A stretch of DNA of 64,000 nucleotides from Paraphysomonas bandaiensis (lineage: Eukaryota > Protista > Chrysophyceae). The DNA lies in the NCBI GenBank assembly GCA_965644295.1, contig CBFFRP010000113.1:1-64000 (forward strand), in the 5' to 3' direction. This document shows, one piece after another, positions 37,321 through 49,523 of this stretch. Position numbers and translations under genes: made by a program. The notes under the pieces are model-generated. The model had not been told where the DNA came from. It saw only the letters and a list, made by a program, of their open reading frames with translations, and searched no databases. How positions within the stretch are numbered: position 1 is the stretch's first letter; each line of letters starts with the position of its first letter.

Positions 37321-39204
37321 ATGGGTGCTACAGCTAGTCTTCAGTCTAGTCTTGAGGTGGACTTTAACTGTCTTGAGATCCCTAATAGTCATAAGCTGCC
37401 CGACCAGTCATGGATAGCAATGAACATAAGCACATATACAGCCGCTAGATTTCATAATGTAGGTTGATAGTGGTATTTCATTGGCTGACATGTCGATAGG
37501 TTCGTGCAGAAGTGTCTGCTAAGGACGGAGAGGTGTCTGGTCTGCCTGTACATGTATTGGAGGTGGATGGGTTCTCATGGACTCATAATCAAGTCCCTAA
37601 ACCTGAGGACGATGAGAATAATATACGTATTGTCGCTGAGGTTGATGTGAAGAAGCGCCGCAATGCGACTGCCCTGTGTCACCAATATGGTATGTTACAG
37701 TTGCTATAGCTAGTATTCGAATGATTCGTATGTGTAGGTTTATACAATTCGTACTCTGAAACTTATGCACAGCCAGATGTTATTCCCAAGAACTGTCTCT
37801 TTGTCAGTGCCCTCGTTCAACTACGAGCGACTACTGGTGAAATTGCAGTCACGGACATAGCGGGGTGTATACGTCGTTGCGACATTTCAGAAGCATTTGA
37901 CTTGGAATCGGAAACAAACGAATCTGACCTATGGATTTCATTGCTTCCAAGCTTATTGCCTGGTTCCCGAATGGAATCCATTCGTTCGAAGCTGTCGAAA
38001 TGGTGGAGGAAGGTTGAGGGCGTTTCACGCGATATACACAAACAGCCGCTGGTGACTGAGGCTCGAAATAAATTCTTCATGTGCTCACGGAAGCAATCTG
38101 ATGCCTACCAGGCTGCAGTTGATAGAGGAATAACCACATCCGAGGGACAGAAACTGATTCAGTCGATGGAGGACTGGCGAATCAGGAGTCAGGATGCGGC
38201 ACGTGAAATGTCAGGAGCTGTATTGGATACGGTGTTCAAAAAAGGTGTGATTTTTTTGGCGAATGTACATTGTCTTATGTGATGCAGGTGAGAAGTTGCT
38301 TGCCTCAATTATTGATAAAAGCCGCAACATCTCGAAAGAACGTTTGGAAGCAACTAAACAAAACCTCCGTGATAAGTTCGAGGCAGATATATTTGCCCTG
38401 GCCTCGGACTTAGATACACAGGAACGACAGGCATGGAAAAATTTTCACGACAGATTCAAACTTGGCACCTCTTGTTCTTCACCGGGAATCCCTATTGCTC
38501 CGTCTTCTGCTCCGAGTAAGTGCAGCACTAATAACGTGACGCGTTTTGCATTTGACGTCGATTCATCGGGGGGTACTTCGGGGCAGACACCAGTGCGTCG
38601 TCACAGCGTAACTCCCCTGGACCAGCGTGATACCCCGTCTCCTTCTGTTAGCACGAATGCCGTCTTCAGTCTTTCTACGAATCTTTCCAACTCGGCAACA
38701 AGGCAACGTTTAGGTCTGAGGCTTGCATTGCGTAAAGCCCAGAGGAATCTTCAACTTAACAACGCCTTCCTCAATAGGACGAAGTATGAATTCGAGTTCG
38801 TTATGTTCGACCTCGCAGTCACTGAAAAGATGATCCAATATATGGAGAAAGAATATACTGCCCTAGAGAAAAAGATCAAAAGTCAGCACTCAGCCGCGAT
38901 GCAGGAATTAGTTCGAAATCATTCCATTGAAAAAGCACGTGCAGTTACAGACGAGCTCTCCACAACGGAATTTAATTTACTTCAAGAAAATCACAACTTG
39001 GAAAAATCTAAGCTAGAGGAAAAACTACAAGTAATCGCTACTGAAAAGCGGTCCAGATTTAAAAATTCTCGTGAAAAGACTATGGCGAAACTATCCGATA
39101 AGTTGGATGCAATTAGAAGAAAGAGTCATACTGCCATGCTGTCCCCCACAGCAATCAATCAGTTTCAGGCTATCTGCAATATCTATAAGTTGCTTCGCGT
39201 ATAG
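37321..39204 (+). CDS. Hypothetical protein, beta-rich (possibly C2-like) N-terminus and coiled-coil C-terminus, multi-exon
   Basis: MGATAS start, GT-AG-linked exons, and a final-exon ORF rich in heptad-like E/K/L. Confidence 0.7.
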
Positions 39205-39740
39205 CATTTATTGTTTCGATTTCCGTAAGTGTTTGTAGAAAATGTAGGTTTGGGACATTGTCTCTGTTCTACATTCTGTATATGCTGTGTTTTTCTGTTG
39301 TTTTTGCTTCACTGCTTGCTACACGTTTAAGGGAGACCTCGTTTCTCGTTTAAAATACTACATATTCACTGGAACGTGGACAGTGATATAAATTATAATA
39401 TATATTTGTAGAAGTCTATTTGAGATAGAGAACGCTTAACCTTTGTGTAATACATCATATATCCGTATTAGGATTCAGCTTAATACATGATTGTATCTGT
39501 GAGTTATAATGTTCAATGAAATATACCATGAACTGAATTAGAGAGAGTATCTGTCGAAGATACGTGATCGTCATCATAACGTCGTCATTATCAGTTACAC
39601 TTCTAACTATTCCGTTGTGCATGATAGTACGTTCTATATTGTTATTTATAATTTTCACTCTATCGTGTTCATTACTTACACTCTAATAATCACAACATTG
39701 TTTTACTATTATAAAGATCAATTCTTTATTTGGTAGCGAG

Positions 39741-40799
39741 ATGTCAGTTAAAGTTACAAGTTACGACTCAACCGACTCGGATTCAACAACCGAAAAACAG
39801 AAAGACTCAATGCCAAAGTTCGACGCGAAGAACTTCTCCAAGTGGCAGAAGAAGTGCCGTGCATGGTTTTACAGAAAGCCCAAGATCGTTTATACCCTAC
39901 AAAACGATCATCCAACTGAACCTGAAGAAGGAGAGATTTCAGATGACGAAGATTACCAATATCGACTCGACCAGTATCACGAAACGAAACGATATTATGA
40001 TGAAGGTAATAATTACCTATGGTCTGTCATTTCGAGCGCTGTCATTGGTCAGGATGAAGAGGCCGAAGGGATTTTGGAAAACGTCCCCGATGGAGACGGA
40101 AAAACCGCCTGGACGGATTTGCTATCCCACTTCAAAGAAAAAACGACTAACGATGTAATCACCGATCTGATTGGTCAATTTCAGAGCCTAAAAATCAAAA
40201 AAGGTCAGTCAATAATCAATTTTCTTGACGCTATCGAAAAGCTCAAAAACAAGCTTATCAATTACGGTCATCGGATCAACGACCAAGACTTAATATCCCG
40301 AATACGACAGGGAATTGTTTCAGAAGATAACATGGTTTACCGAGAATTGGCAATTAATCTGCAGCTACATCCAATTGATGATTATAAAGTATTGATTCGC
40401 AGACTTCGCGGGTTAGGAAGCTCGTCTGTTGGAACGCTCCTATCATCCAACAATGAAGACACAAAAACTGACAGTAGTCACCTCGCAGCATCAAAAGCCC
40501 CATTTTCCCGCAGCAAAGTCAATTTTAAGCGAAAAAGAGGGACATCTTCCAAATATCGCTCCAATAAACAGAAACATGATAAGAGAACCGATAAAGACAT
40601 TAAGTGCTTCAGATGCGGAGGAAAGGGGCACATTGCATCGGAATGCAAGCACTCCTGGGAGAAGATTCAAGAGATGAAAAGCTCCTCCGACAACAAGTCA
40701 TCAACAAGAGGAAAACCGAAATTCAAGAGAGTGAAATTCCAGACTCAGAGTAACGAATATTTCCACGACCACTCTGATCAACTTGCAAATAAATTATGA
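39741..40799 (+). CDS. gag: Copia Gag
   Basis: DGKTAW..L capsid-like segment; zinc knuckle CFRCGGKGHIASEC. Confidence 0.92.
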   Translation: MSVKVTSYDSTDSDSTTEKQKDSMPKFDAKNFSKWQKKCRAWFYRKPKIVYTLQNDHPTEPEEGEISDDEDYQYRLDQYHETKRYYDEGNNYLWSVISSAVIGQDEEAEGILENVPDGDGKTAWTDLLSHFKEKTTNDVITDLIGQFQSLKIKKGQSIINFLDAIEKLKNKLINYGHRINDQDLISRIRQGIVSEDNMVYRELAINLQLHPIDDYKVLIRRLRGLGSSSVGTLLSSNNEDTKTDSSHLAASKAPFSRSKVNFKRKRGTSSKYRSNKQKHDKRTDKDIKCFRCGGKGHIASECKHSWEKIQEMKSSSDNKSSTRGKPKFKRVKFQTQSNEYFHDHSDQLANKL

Positions 40800-43700
40800 A
40801 GACAGTGGTCCATCGTCAGATTATCAAAAAGGACGAGACTACGGAGGAGTTGCTTACACACCGAGCGATGAATCACACTTCGTTAGTGATCAAAAGGCAG
40901 GAATGGGATCTCTTGACTCGGGGTGCACAGTATCAATTACATCAGAAGCAAGCTACCTTACGGACTACACTGATTGCCTCACCGAGATTCAAACAGCCAA
41001 ATCAGGGTCTACAATGATATCCTCAGGTCATGGAAGACTTGGAATCATCCCCAAGTGCAAACACGTGGACCAAGCGTCTAGGACCCTCATTTCTATTAGC
41101 CAACTGGATGACCTCGGACATGAAATCATATTCAGAAACCAGTCAGTGGAAATATTTAAAGACGGCATATTGCTATCGAAAGGCCAGCGCGTTGGAGGCC
41201 TATACGAAATTCCACTATCAGACCTCGGTATTCCCACTGATGAATCTCACCTCGCATCAACTGCCTCAGGTCAACCTGCACTGTTAGCACATAAGAGACT
41301 AGCACATGCATCACTTGGACTCATACAGAAGGCAATAAAATCACGTCTAATAACTGGTGTCAAGATGACAAAAGAGGAGATGAGTGTTGCCTCTCTACCT
41401 GGCGGTTTATGCGATGGATGTGCGACTGGGAAATCACATAGACGAAAGCACAGGAATGCCACCCGCCAAATGTTGTTGAAAAGAATGAGAAGGGCAAAGG
41501 AGCTGGGGGAGCTCATAGTAGCCGATTTCTCAGGACCACATACACCCGATGCAATTATTACCGGAAATCGATATGTACTTGGGATCGCTGATGTAGCATC
41601 AAGGTACCAGTGGGACTCCTACGGAACAACGAGAGATGAAAATTTCGTTATCCAATCCATTCAGAAAGTCGTCACGTATCTACGCAGTAGGGGTAAACGA
41701 CTACAACATTACCATGCCGATGGAGGGAAGGAACTAGTCTCACGAAAAGTATTGGAATATCTCCAATACATTGGAGCAACATGGACTTTTAACGCTCCCT
41801 ATACTCCCGAGGACAACCCATTTCAAGAGCGACCATGGAGAACCATCAAAGAACGAGCACTTAGTAGCTTGATGGATTCAGGTCTTCCAACGAATTTCTG
41901 GGAACAAGCCATGAAGACATCCACACACATGAAGAACAGGCTACCTTGCAAAACTGCTAAAGGATTCATGTCCCCACTCCAATTCATCGAAAACGAAATA
42001 CCAGACTTGAGTTATGCCAGAATATGGGGATGTAAATGCTTTGTGAATATCGATTCCAGTCTCCGAAAGAACAACTGGGACAGACATAGCTGGCCTGGGT
42101 ATTTTATGGGCTATCGAGAGGATGGTCCTGGATATATAGTCTTTGTTCCCGCATTAAGAGATTTTGTTATATCAGGACATGTATTTTTCAACGAATGTGT
42201 TCCACCAGCAGATAAGAGATACTTTAAGGAGATAAATGAGATATTCAGAGAGAATGAGACCACCAGGACAGTAGAAAGTTTCAAATATCTCATAGGTCTA
42301 GCTCATGTAGATCCAGACGATGGATTAACATATGTAACGACTCAAATAAAGCTCAGAAAAGGATTAATCGCAGCGTATCGTGGTCTAGTGGACGACAGCG
42401 GTGACACTACACGAATCATCCAGCTCGACGACCCCATTCATGCTGCAGACGTCGAAAAGTACACTGAAGAATACATAGAACTCAAAGCAGTTGGTCTCAA
42501 ATGTATTACGTCTCGATCGAAAACCCCAATACATAAATCCAGCAAATCAGATCAAGACCCCGATACAGTTATTGGATCTCCAGCGCCAGCCGCTACTTCC
42601 AGGGGGAGTGGCGTAAATCTCAGACATCATGATGCCGCGCAGGAGAGAATCAGCAGCCATCGGTGTGAACCTACCCACTCCGATGCAAAGATAGCGAAGA
42701 CTCGCCCTCCGAAACAATTCAATGGGAATCTAGTGCCGAATCCGGCACCACACGGTCAAGTGGATCGTGTGCGTCAGCGTGTGGCCAAACGCTGTAACAA
42801 GTCTGCTGATTCATCGGGAGATTGGGAAAATCAGGGTACACCTGAAGGGCCAAGTAAGGTCCGTGCTACAGCAAAACAACAATTTTTAGCTGGTAGAAAG
42901 AGTGTTCTCCGAAGCAGGAGAATGGCCAGGAAACGGGTAATTGTAAATATACACAAACTAGGTGATGGTGTATATACATGTGATGTAAATGCTAAACATG
43001 TAGTAAATCATATGGCACATGACACACAATGTATATCAAAATTACATACAAACAATATTGATATTGTTATGCATGCTATCAGTAATTGCGATGACATTGA
43101 CGAGCTAACCGATACACCAAAGAGTGTTCAAGATGCTATTTCAGGTAAATATAAACAGCAGTGGATCGATGCTATCAATAGAGAAATATCCACTCTTCAG
43201 AGGAAAGGGTGCTGGAGATACACTGCGTTACCACCTGGAGCAAGAGCCATAAAGGGGAAACTCATATTAAAAATAAAAATAAAACAGAATGATATCAAAT
43301 TCAAGGCTCGACTAGTCGCACAGGGTTTTACTCAAATCCAAGGCATCGATTACAATGATACATACAGCCCCGTCGCTAAGGCTACATCACTACGTACAAT
43401 TATTGCCCTTTCGACTATTATGAAACTCAAATTGCACCAAATCGATTTCACAACTGCGTACATCAATGCTGACCTCGAAGAGGACATATACATGTATCCC
43501 CCTCCTGGCATGGACGTCCCTGACGGAAAAGTCCTCAAACTGATGAAAAGCATCTATGGTCTAAAGCAAGCAGGTCTTAACTGGTATAAGTGCTGTACAA
43601 ATTTTATGCTAGATATGGGTTTCACCAGACTAATATCTGACCCGTGTATATTCAAAAAGCAGATTAATGGCAGGATTATGCTAATAGCCATGTATGTGGA

Positions 43701-44760
43701 TGATATTATTATAGCATCTACATCCGACACTGATATCCAACAATTCAAAGACCATTTATCCAAAAAGTTCGAAATTACGGATCTCGGACTCCTAGACTAT
43801 TACTTGGGCATCTCCATTCATCAAGATTTTGACAAAAATATCACGACTCTCAGTCAGGAGCAGTACGTCAGAAAGCTACTGGACAAATTCAACATGTCTA
43901 ACAGTAAACCCATGTCAACACCTATGTTACTGTCTTTCAACTATGATTTACATGAATACAATCATCTTTCAGAGTCAAATCAAAGTTATGTTCAGAATTT
44001 CCCCTACAAGGAGCTCATAGGTTCCCTAATGTATCTAGCTGTATGCACTCGACCGGATATCGCCTATGCAGTCAATACTCTTGCCAGATTTTCTGATATG
44101 CCTAATCTAACTACCTGTAATGCTGCGCTACATGTTCTTAGGTATCTCAAAGGCACTGCTAAGCAAGGATTGATATATTCTGGATCCCACATAACATTGT
44201 CAGGATACTGCGATAGCGATTGGGCACGGTGTCACCTCACTCGACGGTCCACTACAGCCTTTACATTCTTCATAGGTAATTGTCTTATATCATGGCAATC
44301 TCGATTACAGACAACTGTGGCATTGTCATCTACTGAAGCTGAGTATATGGCTCTATCGTCAGCAGCTCAGGAAGCATTATGGCTACGCTCTTTATTATCA
44401 GAAATTGGTTTCAAACTTCCATTCTCAACAACTATTTGGTGCGATAATAAAGGGGCAGTCCAATTATGTTACAATCCTACTCATCATCGTCGTACGAAAC
44501 ATATTGCGATACGGTATCATTTCATTCGAGAAAATATTGCCGAAAACCAATTGACTGTTGACCATATTCCCACCACGTCAATGTTAGCCGATCTTCTCAC
44601 GAAACCACTAGGAACAACTAATTTTCTTCAATTGCGAACTACATTGATGGGGGGAGCTGGGTTCGACATCCCATCCAGCAGCAACAGGAAGCGATCAACA
44701 ACCTCAGAGACACCTAAATCACAATTAACAAGCCACAAGCGACCTAGGTGGCTAGTTTGA
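40735..44760 (+). CDS. pol: Copia Pol (protease, integrase, RT, RNase H) in the +1 frame relative to gag
   Basis: LDSGCT; HKRLAH..CDGC; DFSGP/HADGGKE/NPFQER; KARLVAQGF, YVDD; DSDWA, TEAEY, KHIAIRYH, ADLLTK. Frame is open from 40735. Confidence 0.95.
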   Translation, partial: NSRLRVTNISTTTLINLQINYEDSGPSSDYQKGRDYGGVAYTPSDESHFVSDQKAGMGSLDSGCTVSITSEASYLTDYTDCLTEIQTAKSGSTMISSGHGRLGIIPKCKHVDQASRTLISISQLDDLGHEIIFRNQSVEIFKDGILLSKGQRVGGLYEIPLSDLGIPTDESHLASTASGQPALLAHKRLAHASLGLIQKAIKSRLITGVKMTKEEMSVASLPGGLCDGCATGKSHRRKHRNATRQMLLKRMRRAKELGELIVADFSGPHTPDAIITGNRYVLGIADVASRYQWDSYGTTRDENFVIQSIQKVVTYLRSRGKRLQHYHADGGKELVSRKVLEYLQYIGATWTFNAPYTPEDNPFQERPWRTIKERALSSLMDSGLPTNFWEQAMKTSTHMKNRLPCKTAKGFMSPLQFIENEIPDLSYARIWGCKCFVNIDSSLRKNNWDRHSWPGYFMGYREDGPGYIVFVPALRDFVISGHVFFNECVPPADKRYFKEINEIFRENETTRTVESFKYLIGLAHVDPDDGLTYVTTQIKLRKGLIAAYRGLVDDSGDTTRIIQLDDPIHAADVEKYTEEYIELKAVGLKCITSRSKTPIHKSSKSDQDPDTVIGSPAPAATSRGSGVNLRHHDAAQERISSHRCEPTHSDAKIAKTRPPKQFNGNLVPNPAPHGQVDRVRQRVAKRCNKSADSSGDWENQGTPEGPSKVRATAKQQFLAGRKSVLRSRRMARKRVIVNIHKLGDGVYTCDVNAKHVVNHMAHDTQCISKLHTNNIDIVMHAISNCDDIDELTDTPKSVQDAISGKYKQQWIDAINREISTLQRKGCWRYTALPPGARAIKGKLILKIKIKQNDIKFKARLVAQGFTQIQGIDYNDTYSPVAKATSLRTIIALSTIMKLKLHQIDFTTAYINADLEEDIYMYPPPGMDVPDGKVLKLMKSIYGLKQAGLNWYKCCTNFMLDMGFTRLISDPCIFKKQINGRIMLIAMYVDDIIIASTSDTDIQQFKDHLSKKFEITDLGLLDYYLGISIHQDFDKNITTLSQEQYVRKLLDKFNMSNSKPMSTPMLLSFNYDLHEYNHLSESNQSYVQNFPYKELIGSLMYLAVCTRPDIAYAVNTLARFSDMPNLTTCNAALHVLRYLKGTAKQGLIYSGSHITLSGYCDSDWARCHLTRRSTTAFTFFIGNCLISWQSRLQTTVALSSTEAEYMALSSAAQEALWLRSLLSEIGFKLPFSTTIWCDNKGAVQLCYNPTHHRRTKHIAIRYHFIRENIAENQLTVDHIPTTSMLADLLTKPLGTTNFLQLRTTLMGGAGFDIPSSSNRKRSTTSETPKSQLTSHKRPRWLV

Positions 44761-45524
44761 GTTACACGGAGTTTTTACCATTTTTTTTACTTTTATTCAA
44801 TACATGATGCTGGACTAGAAGGATGGTCTCACAATATGGCATCTCTGCAGTTCGCTTATTATTGACTAGTGACTGCTACTCTGGTTTTTACTCTCAGTGT
44901 GCATAAGTTCATATTCTCTCTATTATCTACGGTTCACTGATTATTTCATTGAGGGGGCGTATTAGGATTCAGCTTAATACATGATTGTATCTGTGAGTTA
45001 TAATGTTCAATGAAATATACCATGAACTGAATTAGAGAGAGTATCTGTCGAAGATACGTGATCGTCATCATAACGTCGTCATTATCAGTTACACTTCTAA
45101 CTATTCCGTTGTGCATGATAGTACGTTCTATATTGTTATTTATAATTTTCACTCTATCGTGTTCATTACTTACACTCTAATAATCACAACATTGTTTTAC
45201 TATTATAAAGATCAATTCTTTATTATCCGAAACTGTTAAAATAGTTAGTATGTTAAAAAGCTACCATATAACTACACCTTTCAAGTGCTCTCAATTAGTA
45301 ACCAACAAAGTAAACAACTGAATTTGTTTACAGTTAATATATTTCACTTTCACTAATAAAATTCATATCATTCGTTCATGTAATACAGTTGCCGACTACT
45401 GTATTCTTCAAATAACGGTCAACTGAAGAATAGAAAAATCGCCAACTGTGTCAGTCACAATTACTCACACATACTTTTAATCTAAAATATCTATATTCTG
45501 TAAGCCGACAAAAGTCACTATTCA

Positions 45525-47008
45525 CTAATTTAGATTTTTATAATTTTCTACAATTTGACTCAGTGAACGAAATGCCGACACAAATTCGTCAGCTTCTAGT
45601 CCACATGATTTATACTGATGAACATATGCTCCAGATTTAAACATATTGGCACCACACAATAACGGTCTCCGCAAAGTAGGAATCACAGATTGGCCATTCG
45701 ATATTAACGAAGCAGATCGTAGATATCCGTTGGCAGAAATAGGGGAGTAATTAATAGTGCATGCTGGCGAAATACCTCCAGCCCAGGAAACGTATGACGA
45801 GGTGAACTGAATGTCTGCGGATCCTATCCTTCTTGCGGCATCACCAGCACCTTCACCATGTAGAGTCAGTGTACTGGCGATATTACGCATTTGCCCTGAT
45901 TCAAATATATCCTGCTTCAGACCTCTCTCCGACGCACTTCCAGAGGAGTCCATACGTGAAATTGCACGCAAGATTGCACTCCAGCTGTCGTATGTATAAT
46001 CCACTGATGCCATAGATGTCTGCAACAATAATACAACAATAAGTGACACATAAGTAGTGCGGCATATACTTAGGATATCACGCAACCTGTGGTGTATTTT
46101 TGACGTCCATGAACCTATATCCCGGGTGCCCACATAGATGTGCCATATCCTGCCCCAGTAGCCCCGAAATGCCATCACAACAGGGAGATGAGACCCTCTT
46201 CGGAATGAAGGCGGGAACTACGGATGAGGTGATCGACCGATTAACGTCGTAAAGTGTCGGCTGCTCAATACCACGCATACTAACACAAAGATTATGTGCA
46301 ACCTGGTATAACAGGTACAACACAGATTAATAAGTCAGGAATATATCCAAGTTAACTGCAGACATACCTCATTCTCATAAAGCAATACGCCATTGGACGA
46401 ACTTGCAATTTTCGCAAGGGAAAGAACAGAGTTGTAGTGCTGCACAACCACTTCGCCAAAGTGATAAGGCATTACAGCCAGGTTAATAATACTGGAGCCT
46501 GAAAACTGCAGAGTTCACGTTGGTGCACACTCCATATAAATAAATTGAATACCTCATCGCTAATTTCTTCTGTAATTCGAGTCCCAAGGCCGGAGCCTGT
46601 TCCACCTCCCAGAGAATGCATAACCACGAGGGTGGAGCTGATATCGACTTGTTCAAGTTCATGGCGTATACGGTCCAAAGCACTTTCACGAAACGATCCA
46701 GAGCAAAGCTGATAGCCCATAGCCCAGTTATTACCAGCGCCTCCATGCCGATACACGGAACAGTTCGGGTCAAATGTCCACTTCTTCGACAACTTTGCAT
46801 GTTCAATACACTCATGTATCACTTTCGGCTCGGTGTCTATGCATACACTGCGAGCGACCCACTTGGGCTCTGTTTGAGACCTTCCCGACTGACGTAACCG
46901 AAAAAAATATGGCAACAAATCTCGATGTTCTTCTAAGTGTTCATAGAGGGAATCTAAAACACAGAATCCCAGCTGGTTCCCACATTGACCAGCCTGGATA
47001 CAAATCAT
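45525..47008 (-). CDS. TUBD1: Delta-tubulin, multi-exon
   Basis: IQAGQCGNQLG, IDTEPKVI, GAGNNWAMGY, HSLGGGTGSGLG, VVVQHYNSVLSL, GAYVHQY..GLE and no acidic tail, as in delta-tubulins. Confidence 0.88.
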
Positions 47009-47109
47009 TATTGTGAGGTGGGCACTCTATATTTCTATCAGTCTATGGTATCATAGCAAAGTCAACAGAATTGCCTGCATAAACTCGGAGAAAAACTCAT
47101 GAAAGTATA

Positions 47110-48107
47110 TTGCAAATTTCTAGTTTTCACATGCAAATCGCAGCTTTCATTGGAGGGCTACAAAAAATATTAGATTTCTATAGTACTGTACACCAACAGA
47201 GTATGTACTCCGGGAAAATACGGTATTCATGTACATACATACTGCATACTGCTGTATGGTACAGCTCTGCAATTAGAATTTCTAGGATGTAATTTATATG
47301 CGGACTTTTCTTGTATGGGAAAGTTGGCCCTCTTTTTTCAGGCCCGTGGTGCGAAATTCTTGCATCTGCTTCAATGAAAGCCGTACTTTTACGCCCTTTC
47401 CACCCACAGCTGTCCGCAGGACATATCCTCCAAACGATTTTTTTTCATAAAGTTCAAGAGTAACTTGAAATCAATGCCATGAAGCCGGTGGAAATGCCAT
47501 GATACACTAAAGCAAGCTTAGGAGAGCATATTGTCCGACTTGGAACTTAAACGAGCTGAGAATTGCTTCTGCAGTGCAGTGCAGTGCTGAATGAAACGAT
47601 CTTTGTCATTCCATAACTTGAGTGACCTCCATATCGATAAGGCCCTATGTGTTCACCAAGATGTGAGAAAATCGAAGTCATGTAACTTTGTTGCGAATGG
47701 GTATCGACCGATATTTGAGTTTGAAGCACTTGATGAATTGCTAGATCTCTGCGGTAATACAGAAGATGAAACTGACCCATTAGCAAGTGCGATGGCGACA
47801 TCTTCCATCTCGGAACCACAGAAAACATCTCCTACGACTCCACGTGTAAATTATTACAGCATTAAACAGTTGTTGAATAACCAATTACCAGAATCATCAA
47901 CCTCAAAGTCACGGATAGAAACGAATATGTAGCTTAGCCCATGCACGTGCTGTTGTCGACGATTTCTTGTGTTATATACGTGAATAAACTGTTTATATGT
48001 ACAGTGGAATAATAAGTTACAATATGACTTTAGATATAATAGTAGTGTAGCTCTCCATTGATAGTACTGATGGAGTTTTTAAACCGGCCCTACAATACCA
48101 CTGCAAT
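47110..48107 (+). repeat. ~1-kb segmental duplication, copy A (partner 49524-50520)
   Basis: Near-identical direct repeat covering a putative promoter, a 113-aa ORF and hAT subterminal sequence. Confidence 0.93.
47591..47932 (+). CDS. Small hypothetical protein (113 aa), copy A
   Basis: ORF is intact in both duplicates and lies downstream of promoter-like motifs; no recognizable domain. Confidence 0.5.
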   Translation: MKRSLSFHNLSDLHIDKALCVHQDVRKSKSCNFVANGYRPIFEFEALDELLDLCGNTEDETDPLASAMATSSISEPQKTSPTTPRVNYYSIKQLLNNQLPESSTSKSRIETNM

Positions 48108-48534
48108 GTATTCAGAAACAACAGCATATTAAGTGTAGTAGGATGCATACGTATGAACAACACTGATATAATCAGTTTTGCTGCGCTGAACATGCGTTCA
48201 CATGTATTGGAAGTACATACTACATGACTTCTGCACCTGTACTGAGATATTTCAACTTCCGTTTCTTAAGATTTTGAGCTGGTTGATGAATTTTTTCCAC
48301 ATATCCAACTTCAGCTTCATTACCCTCTGTATTGTTGCAATAATCACTGTCTGAACGAAAATTTATATACACGGACTTATATTTTTTACCCTACAATCAC
48401 AGTATTGTTTGCAATATATTGCAATAAGTTGTGAGCTACTTTAACAGAAAAAAAATTAATGAAATTTTTAGACGTTCCGCAAATCAATATAATTTGCAAT
48501 ATATTGCAATACAATATATTGTACCCTATCCCTG
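48055..48534 (-). mobile_element. Degenerate deletion derivative of the 4708-6355 hAT family
   Basis: Matches 4757-4800 and 5072-5320; ends in TIR CAATATATTGTACCCTATCCCTG at 48534. Confidence 0.85.
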
Positions 48535-48831
48535 ACAGAAAGTGCATACATTCGTATATACTATATATGCAGTTCACTGTGCATTGTAAGAGTTAACACG
48601 CTAAACTACTGTTCTGTTCTATTTCATGACGAAAGGGACATGTAGAATATGACCGATATTATTGTATACATGTACAAAATATGTAGCTAATATATAGACG
48701 TAGTGGCTAATGCTCTTTAATTAAAATACCTACCCAGCTGTAAAATTACATATTACTTGCAGCAATGGATGAACAATTAATACACAAACACTTCGCATAT
48801 GCGTTACACAAATGATCTAGACTATAAAGCT

Positions 48832-49309
48832 TCACTCTTGCTTAGTTTCCGCGGGATCAGTCTTCTTCGCAACTCTATAAAACATAGGAATCAGTTACAT
48901 TATGAAGGATATAAAATGCATACCTAATAAGAGTAAAACCCATATTGGTCGTGCGGTGCCCAAGCAAATGCTTTTTAAATGCATTTTCGATTTGCTGACG
49001 GGCACCAGGTGACATCTTTGCACCCATTAAATATAAGACCTCGACTGTTTCGTTGGTGTTTAGCCACTCTGCTAGTAGAGCCGCACCCTCATCCTTCAAA
49101 TCATTGAAGCGGAGACTAAGGGTTGTAATAGAGGGTCCAATGTTGTCAAGAATGTAAGCCAAAATATCCAGGTTTCCTGGAGGAAGGCATGCGTCTAAAT
49201 TTAAAACAGAAGGTTGTTTATTCTCAAGAATCTCAACTACATCCCTCAATCTTCCAGTCGGCAGAACAGGTCTAACGGATGATGATACTGATTCGTCAAA
49301 GTCTTCCAT
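48832..49309 (-). CDS. Short RNI-like leucine-rich repeat protein, 2 exons
   Basis: ITTLSLRFNDLKDEGAALLAEWLNTNETVEVLYL; intron after GFTLIR; last exon VAKKTDPAETKQE*. Confidence 0.8.
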
Positions 49310-49523
49310 TTTAGTTGATTATTAAGGATTATGGAATCTTACGAAAGTCAACTGGAATAAATGTTGTTACTTGTTCATCCTCCCATCAATCTAATGAAAA
49401 CGGAGTACTATCGCTGAGAGTACTCCCACTTGTCTAAAATCAGTGAACTCTATGTACCATAAAACCCGGTATTTTGGGGGCTGTTTGACAACTAAGAGGC
49501 AGGTGAAACTGCTCATACAATAA

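Larger units (their letters stand above)
39466..45224 (+). mobile_element. Intact young Ty1/Copia LTR retrotransposon
   Basis: Identical 265-bp LTRs (39466-39730, 44960-45224); TSD ATCCG (39461-39465, 45225-45229); PBS TGGTAGCGAG 39731-39740; PPT GAGGGGGCG 44951-44959; domain order PR-IN-RT-RH. Confidence 0.97.
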
